Shown piece by piece: positions 37,694 through 46,878 of a stretch of 64,000 bases of DNA. This stretch comes from an uncultured Lachnospiraceae bacterium. GTDB lineage: Bacteria > Bacillota > Clostridia > Lachnospirales > Lachnospiraceae. The translations under genes were made by a program, and so were the position numbers. Numbering within the stretch: position 1 is the first letter of the stretch; every line of letters starts with the position of its first letter. The stretch lies in the NCBI GenBank assembly GCA_910583615.1, contig CAJTXP010000006.1:31375-95374 (forward strand). Direction: 5' to 3'. The notes beneath the pieces were generated by a model. That model saw only the letters and a program-made list of their open reading frames with translations, was not told where the DNA came from and searched no databases.

Positions 37694-38896
37694 ATGGAAG
37701 AGAGACAGATGACACCCAACGGACGGGAGACGGAGAAATTATACGATAAGGACAGTCACAGGAAGGAATTTGAAGCCATGGTGCTGTCCTGTGAGGAAAA
37801 GTGCACAGCCGACGGAAAGAAAACAGGATACCGGGTCGTGCTGGACCGGACCGCATTTTTCCCGGAAGGGGGTGGACAGTTCGGCGACGTGGGATGGTTG
37901 GATGATACAGAGGTTTTTGATACCCATGAAAAAAACGGAGTTATATATCATGAGACGAAAGAGCCGTTGGAATCCGGACAGACCGTGAAAGGAAAGCTGA
38001 ATTTTGAGGTGCGGTTTGACCGGATGCAGCAGCATTCCGGAGAACATATTTTATCCGGCCTGGTACACAGCCTGTACGGATACGACAATGTAGGATTTCA
38101 CCTGGGCGCGGAGATCACCACACTGGACTTTAACGGGGAGCTGACAGAGGAGCAGGTGCGGGATCTGGAACTTCGCGCCAACCGGGCGGTATTTGAAAAC
38201 GTGCCGGTACAGGTGCTGTATCCCACAAAGGAACAGTTGAAATCCGTAAACTACCGGAGCAAGATCGAGATCGAGGGGCAGGTCCGGATTGTGTCCATTC
38301 CCGGGTACGACATCTGCGCCTGCTGCGCCCCCCATGTGGACCGGTCCGGAGAGATCGGGCTGATCAAAGTCGTAAGCTGTGAGAGGCACCGGGGCGGCTG
38401 CCGGATGACGATTCTGTGCGGATCCCGGGCGCTGGCGGATTACCGGAAGAGACAGCAGAGCGTGACGGAAATCTCCGTTGCCCTGTCCGCAAAGCCGGAG
38501 AAAGTCGGGGAGGCGGTGCTGCGCCTGAAGGAACAGCAGAGCCATCTGAGAGAACAGCTGAACCGTATGCAGGAGCGTTATCTGCAGCAGAAGCTTGCAG
38601 AGCTGGCCGGGAATGAACGAAATGTCTGTCTCTTTGAGGAAGAACTGGACAGTATCGCCGCGCGGAATTTTGTGAATGCCGCGATGGAAAAATGTGAAGG
38701 CGTCTGCGGGGCGTTTATCGGGACAGATGAGAACGGTTATCATTATATCCTTGGAAGCCGGACGATGGACCTGTGGGCGTTTTCCAAAGTCCTGAATGAA
38801 AAGTTCCAGGGAAAGGGCGGCGGGAAGCCGGAGATGGTGCAGGGATCTCTTTCCGGATGCGCCGCGGAGATTCAAAAGGAGATTATGGAGGCATAG
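37694..38896 (+). CDS. Alanyl-tRNA editing protein (AlaX-L type, with DHHA1)
   Basis: TAFFPEGGGQ, MQQHSGEH, CCAPH, GKGGGK. Confidence 0.92.
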   Translation: MEERQMTPNGRETEKLYDKDSHRKEFEAMVLSCEEKCTADGKKTGYRVVLDRTAFFPEGGGQFGDVGWLDDTEVFDTHEKNGVIYHETKEPLESGQTVKGKLNFEVRFDRMQQHSGEHILSGLVHSLYGYDNVGFHLGAEITTLDFNGELTEEQVRDLELRANRAVFENVPVQVLYPTKEQLKSVNYRSKIEIEGQVRIVSIPGYDICACCAPHVDRSGEIGLIKVVSCERHRGGCRMTILCGSRALADYRKRQQSVTEISVALSAKPEKVGEAVLRLKEQQSHLREQLNRMQERYLQQKLAELAGNERNVCLFEEELDSIAARNFVNAAMEKCEGVCGAFIGTDENGYHYILGSRTMDLWAFSKVLNEKFQGKGGGKPEMVQGSLSGCAAEIQKEIMEA

Positions 38897-38901
38897 AGCG
38901 G

Positions 38902-39249
38902 ATGCTGGAAAATTATTCATTTGAAGTGTTCTGGAAGGATGAGAAGACGGCACATGTGCAGGTGGAAAATGAGACGGTCAATGTAGAGCGCTTTACGGAA
39001 CATCCCCTGAAACAACTGTTTGCAGAAGAGAAAATGAGCAGATATCAGCTGAACCGGATTCTGGAGCTGCGCTGCTGGGACAGAGGGCGTCCGGATACGG
39101 ACGAGATCCTGAAGTATCTGGGACTTACGGCATATATTCCGTATGAGATTATCAGGAAAACACATGGGGTTTCTTATAATGATTTTATCTGGTTTCGCTT
39201 TCCGGGGGAACAGATCAGCAGCCGGGATGTGCTGGTGAGGGAAAGCTGA
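38902..39249 (+). CDS. Hypothetical protein resembling the N-terminal part of HipA/CtkA-like kinases
   Basis: LELRCWDRGRPD...LGLTAY...KTHGVSYNDFIW; TGATG coupling to the kinase gene. Confidence 0.55.
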   Translation: MLENYSFEVFWKDEKTAHVQVENETVNVERFTEHPLKQLFAEEKMSRYQLNRILELRCWDRGRPDTDEILKYLGLTAYIPYEIIRKTHGVSYNDFIWFRFPGEQISSRDVLVRES

Positions 39250-40019
39250 TGTTCCAGGAATCTATCGGAAATGAATCAATTGTCATGCAGGGCGGTACCA
39301 GCGAAGGAACCCAGGTGAAATGCCGAAAAGGAAAATACTGGTATAAGAAAGACCGTCAGGGAAAAGAGGGCAGAGCCGAATATCTGGTTTCCGGTCTTCT
39401 GACCTTCTCTACTCTGGAACCGTCAGAATATGTATTGTATGAACAGGGAACGATAAACGGTTTTTCAGGATGTCGGAGTGAAAACTTCCTGCGGGAAGAT
39501 GAGGAACTGATTACATTTTATCGTCTGTATTATAACGAATATGGAAAAGATCTGTCGCAGGTGATATCTGCCATGGAGTCCATGGAGGAACGTATCGTAT
39601 ATGTGATGCAGTTTATAAAAGAAAGCTGCGGACTGGATATTACGGATTATCTCCGAAAAGTATTTACGCTGGATATGCTGACATTGAACGAGGACCGCCA
39701 TCTGAACAATCTGGCAGTGATACTGCGGAAGCAGCAGTTTGTTCCGGCGCCGATTTTTGATAATGGAGTGTCACTGCTGACGGCGAACCGAAGTGTCAAC
39801 TGGCATTTTCCCATGGAAGAAAATGTAAGAAGGGTGATTGCAAGGCCTTTCAGCGGTTCCCATGAGAGTATGCATCAGTATTTCGGGACAGGATTTCGGC
39901 TGGATTGTCCTGCAGTATACAGATGGCTGGAAAAAGAGGAGCCGGACAGGGAGCGGGATGTGCTGGAATTTCAGATCAGAAGGTATGAAGAAATTCTGCA
40001 GCAGGAAGCAGAGCAGTAG
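39249..40019 (+). CDS. HipA/CtkA-like Ser/Thr kinase domain protein
   Basis: Gly-rich loop GGTSEGTQVK, WYKKD, AEYLVS, GCRSENF, catalytic NEDRHLNN, APIFDNG. Confidence 0.82.
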   Translation: MFQESIGNESIVMQGGTSEGTQVKCRKGKYWYKKDRQGKEGRAEYLVSGLLTFSTLEPSEYVLYEQGTINGFSGCRSENFLREDEELITFYRLYYNEYGKDLSQVISAMESMEERIVYVMQFIKESCGLDITDYLRKVFTLDMLTLNEDRHLNNLAVILRKQQFVPAPIFDNGVSLLTANRSVNWHFPMEENVRRVIARPFSGSHESMHQYFGTGFRLDCPAVYRWLEKEEPDRERDVLEFQIRRYEEILQQEAEQ

Positions 40020-40072
40020 ACATTGTTTTATATACAGCAGGGGCAGATGAAAACGCCCCTGCTGTATCTGGT

Positions 40073-40423
40073 TTAATAAGTGTAGTCTTCCACATCTACC
40101 TTGTCCACTTCCTGATAAGGAGCCAGCGTTGAGACCATCTTGATGGGCCGGTCATAGCTGTTTTTACAGTAATGGACTTCTCCCGGCTCGATATGGATCA
40201 TCTGTCCGGGATACAGGTGGTTGACCACGCCGTCCACGACAATGTCGATCTCCCCCTCCAGAATGTAAAAATTTTCTTCCATGATGTTGTGATAGTGCGC
40301 CTTGAAATCCTGTCCGGGCATGAACTGCACAAGGGCAAAATTCATACGGGGGCCTTTCATCAGATATTTGGGTCCGCTGTCTCCAAAACGGTATTCCCGG
40401 TCTTTTTCATCTACAATATACAT
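40073..40423 (-). CDS. Cupin domain protein
   Basis: HYH...EENFYILEG...IEPGEVH; start ATG 40423 after AAAGGAG. Confidence 0.9.
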   Translation of the reverse strand: MYIVDEKDREYRFGDSGPKYLMKGPRMNFALVQFMPGQDFKAHYHNIMEENFYILEGEIDIVVDGVVNHLYPGQMIHIEPGEVHYCKNSYDRPIKMVSTLAPYQEVDKVDVEDYTY

Positions 40424-40455
40424 GATTCGTCTCCTTTCTGACAGAGCGGTTCGGG

Positions 40456-42021
40456 TTACAGTCCCGGGGCGGTCCACATGGACCGGGTCAGCCCCTCGTT
40501 GACCAGATCAAGCTGTGCGGCGTAGACCTTTCTCCATACCTGATAGAGTTCTTCATAGACTCTGTGGTTTTCCATGTCCGGCTCGAAGGTCCGGTCCCAT
40601 CGGACGGTCCGCCGGGCGCCCTCCTCGATGCTTTCGTAGATTCCGACTCCGTATCCGGCCAGGATGGCGGCGCCAAGAGCGGTGGCTTCCCGGACCACAG
40701 GCACCTTGACGGGCATGCCCAGCACATCTGCCAGGATCTGGGACCAGAGGGCGCTTTTGGAGGCGCCGCCTGCGAAGATGACCTCCGAAGGCCGGTTGCC
40801 GGTCGCCTCATGCACCAGCTCCATATGTCCTTTTACCAACAGGGCGGTATTTTCCAGGATGGCGCGGTAGAAGGTGAAACGGTTGAATTTCACTGGGTCC
40901 AGCTCAAAATTGGTAAAGGTCGGCGACGCATGCTTCCAGTTGATAAAGTTCATCACATCGCTGAAGGCGCACATCATGCCGTGGCAGCCGGCGGGAATCT
41001 TTTCGGCTTTCTCATTCATGATGTCATAGACATCTTCCCCGGTATGCCGGCTCTGTTCCTGTTCCAGCTGACAGAAACCGTCCCGGAACCAGCGCATGAC
41101 CAGCCCCGGTTTAAACGCAAGGGCCTCGTACTGCCATACGCCCGGCACGGCATGGCAGTTTACGCGCACCCGGCAGCCGGGATCGGTCGTGCCGTCGGCC
41201 GTGTTGAATTCGTACTGCCAGAAGCTGCCGCCGAAGACCGCCGCCTGATCCGGCATGGTGGCGCCTACGCCGATGGTTCCCAGTTGGCAGTCTCCGCCGC
41301 CCACAACGACCGGCGTCCCTTCTTTCAGTCCGGTGTCAGCTGCACCCTGGCTGTTTACAGGCGCGATTACAGTGCCGCATTCTACAACCGGCGGGAAAAT
41401 ATCGTCCCTCAGGCCGCATTTCCGGGCGATGGAAGCGTCCCAGCGGCGGCTCTTGAGATCAAAAATGCCGGTGGTGGAGCCGTTGCTGGGTTCAATGGCT
41501 TCCTTTCCGGTGAGCTTTTTGATGAGCCAGTCGTTGAACATGCCGACCGCGGCTGTCTTCTCATAGATGTCCGGCATCTTGTCTTTGACCCAGAGCAGAC
41601 GGGGCAGCGCGCCCAGGGCGTAGGTCTGTCCGCTCTTAAGGTAGATCTCCTTCTCCAGCTCCGGCTTCATCCGGATCAGTTTTCCTACCTCGTCGTCGCT
41701 TCGGGCGTCCACGTTGGCGCAGGCCCAGATCTCTTCCCCGTCCTTGTCGTAGAGGACGATGCCCTCTCTCATGCAGGTGGTGGAGACGGCGGCGATCTGT
41801 TCCGGCAGGACGCCGGTTTCCTCTATGACGTCCCGGATGCAGCCGCAGGCCAGCTGCCAGTTGTGCGTCCAGTCAAAATCCATGCTGCCCGGATATCGGG
41901 GATCCTCCCGGTGCTCCCATTCCTGCTGGACGCATCCGATCTGCGTGCCGTCCGTACGGAACAGAACCGCCCGCACGCTGCCGGTTCCGGCGTCCACCGC
42001 CATTAAAAACTGCTCTGACAT
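40456..42021 (-). CDS. lsrK: Autoinducer-2 kinase (FGGY family)
   Basis: MAVDAGTGSVRAV, YPGSMDFD, TCMREG, WACANVDAR, GGSFWQ, RVNCH, MWTAPGL. Confidence 0.9.
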   Translation of the reverse strand: MSEQFLMAVDAGTGSVRAVLFRTDGTQIGCVQQEWEHREDPRYPGSMDFDWTHNWQLACGCIRDVIEETGVLPEQIAAVSTTCMREGIVLYDKDGEEIWACANVDARSDDEVGKLIRMKPELEKEIYLKSGQTYALGALPRLLWVKDKMPDIYEKTAAVGMFNDWLIKKLTGKEAIEPSNGSTTGIFDLKSRRWDASIARKCGLRDDIFPPVVECGTVIAPVNSQGAADTGLKEGTPVVVGGGDCQLGTIGVGATMPDQAAVFGGSFWQYEFNTADGTTDPGCRVRVNCHAVPGVWQYEALAFKPGLVMRWFRDGFCQLEQEQSRHTGEDVYDIMNEKAEKIPAGCHGMMCAFSDVMNFINWKHASPTFTNFELDPVKFNRFTFYRAILENTALLVKGHMELVHEATGNRPSEVIFAGGASKSALWSQILADVLGMPVKVPVVREATALGAAILAGYGVGIYESIEEGARRTVRWDRTFEPDMENHRVYEELYQVWRKVYAAQLDLVNEGLTRSMWTAPGL

Positions 42022-42137
42022 ATAACCCCTCCTTAAAACAGAATTTACTCATTGATTCTATAGGAAAAAGTTTGCCATGAAAGGAAGCGTTTGTCAACTG
42101 TTGTCCGCAGAACAGCCTTTTCGGCGGGCAGCCTGGA

Positions 42138-42166
42138 TTGACAAAGGGGAGGCGAGAGGGTATAGT
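42138..42166 (+). promoter_or_regulatory. Sigma-A promoter of lsrF
   Basis: TTGACA-N17-TATAGT. Confidence 0.7.
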
Positions 42167-42208
42167 ATTGACTATCAGAAGACCGGGTCAGGAAAGGAAG
42201 GAATCAGG

Positions 42209-43087
42209 ATGGCAGACAAAGAAGGATTGAAAGTGGCAAAGGATTATCATGTGAATGTTCCCTTTGCCAATCAGGAAGGTTTTTACGTAAAAGGCGCGAA
42301 CAGCCTGGACTGGGGGATGAAGAAGCATTTATCGAATATCTTCAACCCGAAGAGCGGTAATTCGGTCATGTTCGCGTTCGACCACGGATATTTTATGGGC
42401 TCCACGGCGGGGCTGGAGCGGCTGGATCTGCTGCTTCCGAAGCTGGCGCCCTATGTGGATGTGTTCATGGGGACGAGAGGCGCGATCCGTGCCTGCGTGC
42501 CGCCGGAGATCACAAAAGGCATCGCCCTGCGGGTAACGTCCGGATCTTCCATGCTGGATGAGGACCTTTCCCATGAGGTGGTGGCTGTGGACGTCGAGGA
42601 GGCGATCCGGATGAACGCGGACTGCATGGCGGTGCAGACGTTCATCGGCGCGGACGGACAGCTTTCGAGCATCGATAACCTGTCCAGGGTCATCAACGCC
42701 GGCATGCGTTACAGCATCCCGACGCTGGGCGTGGTGGCGGTCGGTAAAAACATGGAGCGGACCGACCGGTTCTTCAAGCTTGCCACGAGGATCGTGGCGG
42801 AGATGGGCGTTCAGCTGGTGAAGACTTATAACTGCGAGAATTTTGAAGAGATCGTGGCTGCATGCCCGGTGCCCATCGTGGTGGCAGGCGGAAAGAAGCT
42901 TCCGGAATCGGAGGCGCTGACCATGGCGTATACGGTCATCTCCAGGGGCGCCAGAGGCGTGGATATGGGCCGGAACATCTTCCAGAGCGAGCATCCCGTG
43001 GAGATGGCGCAGGCCATCGGGAAGATCGTCCATGAGGGCTTCACGGACAAAGAGGCGTATGAGTTCTATCAGGACAGCATTCACTGA
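42209..43087 (+). CDS. lsrF: 3-hydroxy-5-phosphonooxypentane-2,4-dione thiolase
   Basis: LDWGMK, FDHGYF, GLERLD, VKTY, ACPVPIVVAGGKKLPE, GVDMGRNIFQ. Confidence 0.92.
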   Translation: MADKEGLKVAKDYHVNVPFANQEGFYVKGANSLDWGMKKHLSNIFNPKSGNSVMFAFDHGYFMGSTAGLERLDLLLPKLAPYVDVFMGTRGAIRACVPPEITKGIALRVTSGSSMLDEDLSHEVVAVDVEEAIRMNADCMAVQTFIGADGQLSSIDNLSRVINAGMRYSIPTLGVVAVGKNMERTDRFFKLATRIVAEMGVQLVKTYNCENFEEIVAACPVPIVVAGGKKLPESEALTMAYTVISRGARGVDMGRNIFQSEHPVEMAQAIGKIVHEGFTDKEAYEFYQDSIH

Positions 43088-43098
43088 GCAGGCAGATC

Positions 43099-43149
43099 AA
43101 AACCGCTTTTGCTGGTTCACGTAAAATGTGGACCGGCAGAAGCGGTTTT
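43099..43149 (+). terminator. Intrinsic terminator after lsrF
   Basis: AAAACCGCTTTTGCTGGTTCAC / GTGGACCGGCAGAAGCGGTTTT. Confidence 0.8.
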
Positions 43150-43196
43150 CATATAGATGACATAAAAGGGATAAATGGAGTAAAAGCCAAATACTG

Positions 43197-43628
43197 GTGC
43201 TGTACAAGCTGAGTGAAGCTGGTTTCAGAGTAGCCACAGAACCGATTATGCAGGCGGACAGCAAAGAGTGGGACGATATATCCCGGTATATTCTGAATTT
43301 GTTGGATGAAATATCGAAAAGCCCTCTGGCAGGAGAAAACAGATCAAAGGCTTTAGATAAAATATATGGGAGCAGAGGGTTTAAGCAGTTTTCCAAAAGA
43401 TATATTTGTATAGCGGTTCTGCAAAATCTAAGCGATCATAAAATTACCGTTTATAATCTTCCCCGATTATCAAATGGAGCATATGGGGTGGAAAAAGCTA
43501 CAATAAGTGAAGAATATAGTATTAAGTATGTAAGCGAAGCGGAAAAGGATCTGGTACAGGAAAACTTTTTAAAAGCATATCTGGATGCACAGCGATATCT
43601 GGAAGCGATTGGAAGTAAACTGCTTTGA
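43197..43628 (+). CDS. Hypothetical immunity-like protein, possibly 5'-truncated
   Basis: Frame is open from 43161 with no ATG or RBS; AT-rich. Confidence 0.5.
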   Translation: MLYKLSEAGFRVATEPIMQADSKEWDDISRYILNLLDEISKSPLAGENRSKALDKIYGSRGFKQFSKRYICIAVLQNLSDHKITVYNLPRLSNGAYGVEKATISEEYSIKYVSEAEKDLVQENFLKAYLDAQRYLEAIGSKLL

Positions 43629-43775
43629 TTATTTTAAACTGGATATCTGTAGATCATGTCTTTGGTTTTTATAAACAGTTATTCAAAGCATTTTAAAATG
43701 TAAAAAAGACAGGCCCATGGTCTTTACAAAGAATGCGGAGTTTTACATGAAGGAGGACGGAACGGTAGAACAGTG

Positions 43776-44063
43776 ATGTATGAGTTTCTAATGGAAATAG
43801 GATTTATTTTTAAAGATGGAGAAAAAGGTAAACGAATAGTTGGAGGAGCGGATTCTAAATATTCATGTGAAAACCTGGACTGGTTAAATTTTTCACAAAA
43901 AAATGTAATGATAAGAACTAAAAAAGGTTGTATTTATTTAAAAGTAAAGAAAATTGACATATTTCCGTCAATTGCCGGAGCATTAAACATTGGCCTGACT
44001 TTATACGATAGTGAAAAGTTTGATTTACTTAATATTGGTGATAAAGTATATAAATGTGAATGA
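43776..44063 (+). CDS. Hypothetical beta-rich protein
   Basis: 95-aa AT-rich ORF in the island. Confidence 0.55.
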   Translation: MYEFLMEIGFIFKDGEKGKRIVGGADSKYSCENLDWLNFSQKNVMIRTKKGCIYLKVKKIDIFPSIAGALNIGLTLYDSEKFDLLNIGDKVYKCE

Positions 44064-44243
44064 AAGGTTCAATTTCTCAGATATAATGGTAAGAAGAAAG
44101 TAATTGGATAAGAGGGAATTAAATCAAAAAGAATAATGGCTGTTGGGGAGCTTGACAATAGAAGACAGTGCCGTCTTCCTGACCGGGAGCCTGTATGTGG
44201 CGGAGCAGGCCGTATCGGACGCTGTCAAAGGAATTTTGATAAA

Positions 44244-44489
44244 ATGGAGAAGTATGTAGAGAGTTGGGAAGATATAAGTATTATATTGTACGATGGAAAT
44301 AAAGAAGAAATTAGAGGATTAAGATGTCCTGTTTGCGGTGGAAAAATAAGTTACAGTTTTGATATGAAAACTGGTTCAAATACGATAAAATGTGAGGGCT
44401 CGTGTGGAATGTATTCAAGAGGGCATGGTGATACAGGTTATATTCCCAATTGTGTTAAATATTTTGGAGAAGTTTATACAATCGAATAA
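44244..44489 (+). CDS. Small Zn-ribbon protein
   Basis: CPVCGGK...CEGSCG; start ATG 44244 after AAAGGA. Confidence 0.6.
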   Translation: MEKYVESWEDISIILYDGNKEEIRGLRCPVCGGKISYSFDMKTGSNTIKCEGSCGMYSRGHGDTGYIPNCVKYFGEVYTIE

Positions 44490-44728
44490 GATTTATCATG
44501 CATAATATATTCTTGTCCGGAAATTTGGAAAGAAAATGTATTTAAGTGAAGCAAAGAGGACGGATAAGACACCATGGTCATGGCGAATTACATTTGAAGT
44601 AAAGGCGTGATAAATATATTTGGGCATATCCAAATGGTAGACATATAGTTGCTGGAGGAATAGAAATAAATGGTAAGCTTGTAATGAACGAATTTGATGA
44701 GGGTATAATGCGACGAGGAGAATAGGTT

Positions 44729-45505
44729 ATGAAAGAAGTTGAAAACACGAATGGGATGCCAGTTACAACGGATATTCCCATGCTGCGGGATAAGACAATT
44801 TATAAATTATATTTGACTAAAAAAGATAAGATTTATAACAAAAGTGAAATTAAAGTTGTTTCTGCAATATGTAAAGTAAATTTTATCGAGGCAGAAAATA
44901 TGCTGAGCAATCCGGTTGTTCTTATTGCAGAGGGAAATGCATATGAAGCAGGGGAAAACAAAGTTATGTTTATGATTAATTATAGAGTTGTAGATGATTT
45001 TGAGGAATTAAAAAATATGAGTTCAAAAGATTTTGACAGTGAATGGAATCAGATTACAGGTTTTTTTCAAATGTGCTTTGGCGAACATGAAGAAGGCTGT
45101 TACTATCATGAAAACCCATTACGGGCAGATGAATTCGGTGAAGAACTGCTGGATTACTGGTTTGATCAATTATTATGCACAATAGAATTATTAGAAAAAA
45201 CTGATTATGTTGCTTTCCGGGAAATCGAAACAGTGAAGAGATGGTTGGAATTTAAGCGGGATGGAGAGACTGTAACTATTAATGTGGTATTGAATTCTTC
45301 TGAAAAAGCTTTACTGATTACCAAACCATTTCATGAATTTCTATATGTTGAACCAGAGAACTTTGCATGTACATGGGATGAACTGAAAAAGAATGTTATA
45401 AAACAAACAGGACGTTTTTTCAATGAGTTGCGGCAGTTAAATCCTCAGCTTATGGAAAGTGAAAAAATATCAGGTCTTTTGAAAAAATACCAGAAATTGC
45501 TGTGA
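44729..45505 (+). CDS. Probable chimera of a truncated gene and an intact acidic immunity-like gene starting at 44966
   Basis: Internal GGGGA RBS and in-frame ATG 44966; the two halves look unrelated. Confidence 0.55.
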   Translation: MKEVENTNGMPVTTDIPMLRDKTIYKLYLTKKDKIYNKSEIKVVSAICKVNFIEAENMLSNPVVLIAEGNAYEAGENKVMFMINYRVVDDFEELKNMSSKDFDSEWNQITGFFQMCFGEHEEGCYYHENPLRADEFGEELLDYWFDQLLCTIELLEKTDYVAFREIETVKRWLEFKRDGETVTINVVLNSSEKALLITKPFHEFLYVEPENFACTWDELKKNVIKQTGRFFNELRQLNPQLMESEKISGLLKKYQKLL

Positions 45506-45527
45506 AACATAACCATTCAGACAGTCC

Positions 45528-45690
45528 GGACAGAAACGACTGTTTGGATGCCGGCATACGATTAAAAATCAGCCGTTATCTTATTGAATCCGCATTTCCA
45601 CTGTGGATGAGAACGGGGACACGGATTTTGGAGGAAACAACCTGGCTTATTGCATCATGCAGTTCTTAAAGACTGCTATCGCGCAGAGCG
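45528..45690 (+). pseudogene. Fragment of a divergent Hsp70-like gene with in-frame stop
   Basis: Reads CRHTIKNQPLSY*IRISTVDENGDTDFGGNNLAYCIMQFLK; GDTDFGG matches the Hsp70 GD-x-x-(L/F)GG segment; TGA at 45585. Confidence 0.55.
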
Positions 45691-45765
45691 GATGTTCCAT
45701 ATTATCCTCGATTAGAATGGAGTGAAAATTAAGTGTTTTATGTAAAATAAAGGAGATTTTATATT

Positions 45766-46152
45766 ATGGATATGAAAAAGGAATATTCCAACAGATTTAT
45801 GTATAACAAAGACGAATACAATTTATTGATTTGCTGGTTTCGGTATATGCTGGAGGGCGATTTCATGAAGAGGCTCTCTATGATGAGTGAGGATATGAGT
45901 GCATCAACAGAACATATCGGATATATATTTGCGAGTAGCTGCGATGAAGAAGATATGGAAAATGGAGCCTGTTTTGAAGAGGGTGTATTATTCTTTTTTG
46001 GAAATGATAAATATGATGAAATAATAGTGGACTATAATATCTTTTATAATTCTTTAAAATTGGCGTGTAATATTTATATGGAATCATATCCAAATAAAAA
46101 AGACATTATTAATTCAAAATTAAAAATAATTAAAGAAAGGTATAACATATAG
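45766..46152 (+). CDS. CdiI-like (ribonuclease toxin) immunity protein
   Basis: AAGGAG RBS; acidic; FEEGVLF...EIIVDYNIFYNSLKLACNIYMESYP resembles the CdiI_4 family as recalled. Confidence 0.65.
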   Translation: MDMKKEYSNRFMYNKDEYNLLICWFRYMLEGDFMKRLSMMSEDMSASTEHIGYIFASSCDEEDMENGACFEEGVLFFFGNDKYDEIIVDYNIFYNSLKLACNIYMESYPNKKDIINSKLKIIKERYNI

Positions 46153-46323
46153 GAACTTTAAATATAAGATAGTGTATTTTTAAAAAGTTTAAATCAGTCC
46201 GGACGCCCATGTCCTGTTGGATGATCTGGAGGAGCATGAAATGTCCGCGATCCATACAGGCGATCTCCGGGAAGCTCATGCGCTGCATTTAAAATTAAAG
46301 AACAACCGGGAGAAATTTTGTTT

Positions 46324-46878
46324 ATGAAGATTAAATGTTTAAAAGATGTTCACAGGGGATGTTCCTTAAAAGCAAATAAAATATACGAAGCCAGACAGGG
46401 ACAAAAAGGGTGGTACGCAGTAGTTGATGAAAGCGGTGAATCTTATGCGTACCCTCCGCATCTTTTTGAAGTGGTTGAAGATGATTTAATAAATTATTGT
46501 AAGAAGCATAAAGATGAATATGAACTTAAATTTATAAAACAGTCCTCTAATCACCAGCATATTTTAAGTATATGGGAATGTTATTTTAATGATATTATGA
46601 ATTTGTTTAAACCGAAAAATTTGGTCTGGAGGGGACTGGCTGCAATTTACCATAATAAGACGGGGTGGTATGAGAATGAGTTTTGGAAAATTCCCTGTGT
46701 TAAGGATGCGTTAAGAGAGTTTGGATCTTTAGATGAAAGAGAGCTAAAGCTTGATGGTTCAGGAATAGTATTAGGACAAATATGTGAGTTTTTGGAAAGA
46801 GCAGCAGAAGGAAATGAAGAAGTTTGGATATCGTTGGAAACAGGTATTGACAGAGCAATTGGGCAAGCATGGTATTAA
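46324..46878 (+). CDS. Hypothetical two-domain protein (SH3-like N-terminus plus immunity-like domain)
   Basis: KGWYAVVDESGESYAYPPHLFEVVE followed by a Trp-rich acidic domain. Confidence 0.55.
   Translation: MKIKCLKDVHRGCSLKANKIYEARQGQKGWYAVVDESGESYAYPPHLFEVVEDDLINYCKKHKDEYELKFIKQSSNHQHILSIWECYFNDIMNLFKPKNLVWRGLAAIYHNKTGWYENEFWKIPCVKDALREFGSLDERELKLDGSGIVLGQICEFLERAAEGNEEVWISLETGIDRAIGQAWY

Noticed and set aside
45514..46229. Shared CAGTCCGGAC...TTGGATG motif at ~45522 and ~46195 as cassette recombination sites
   Set aside because: Only two short, partly matching copies, and not seen at the other junctions; could be chance
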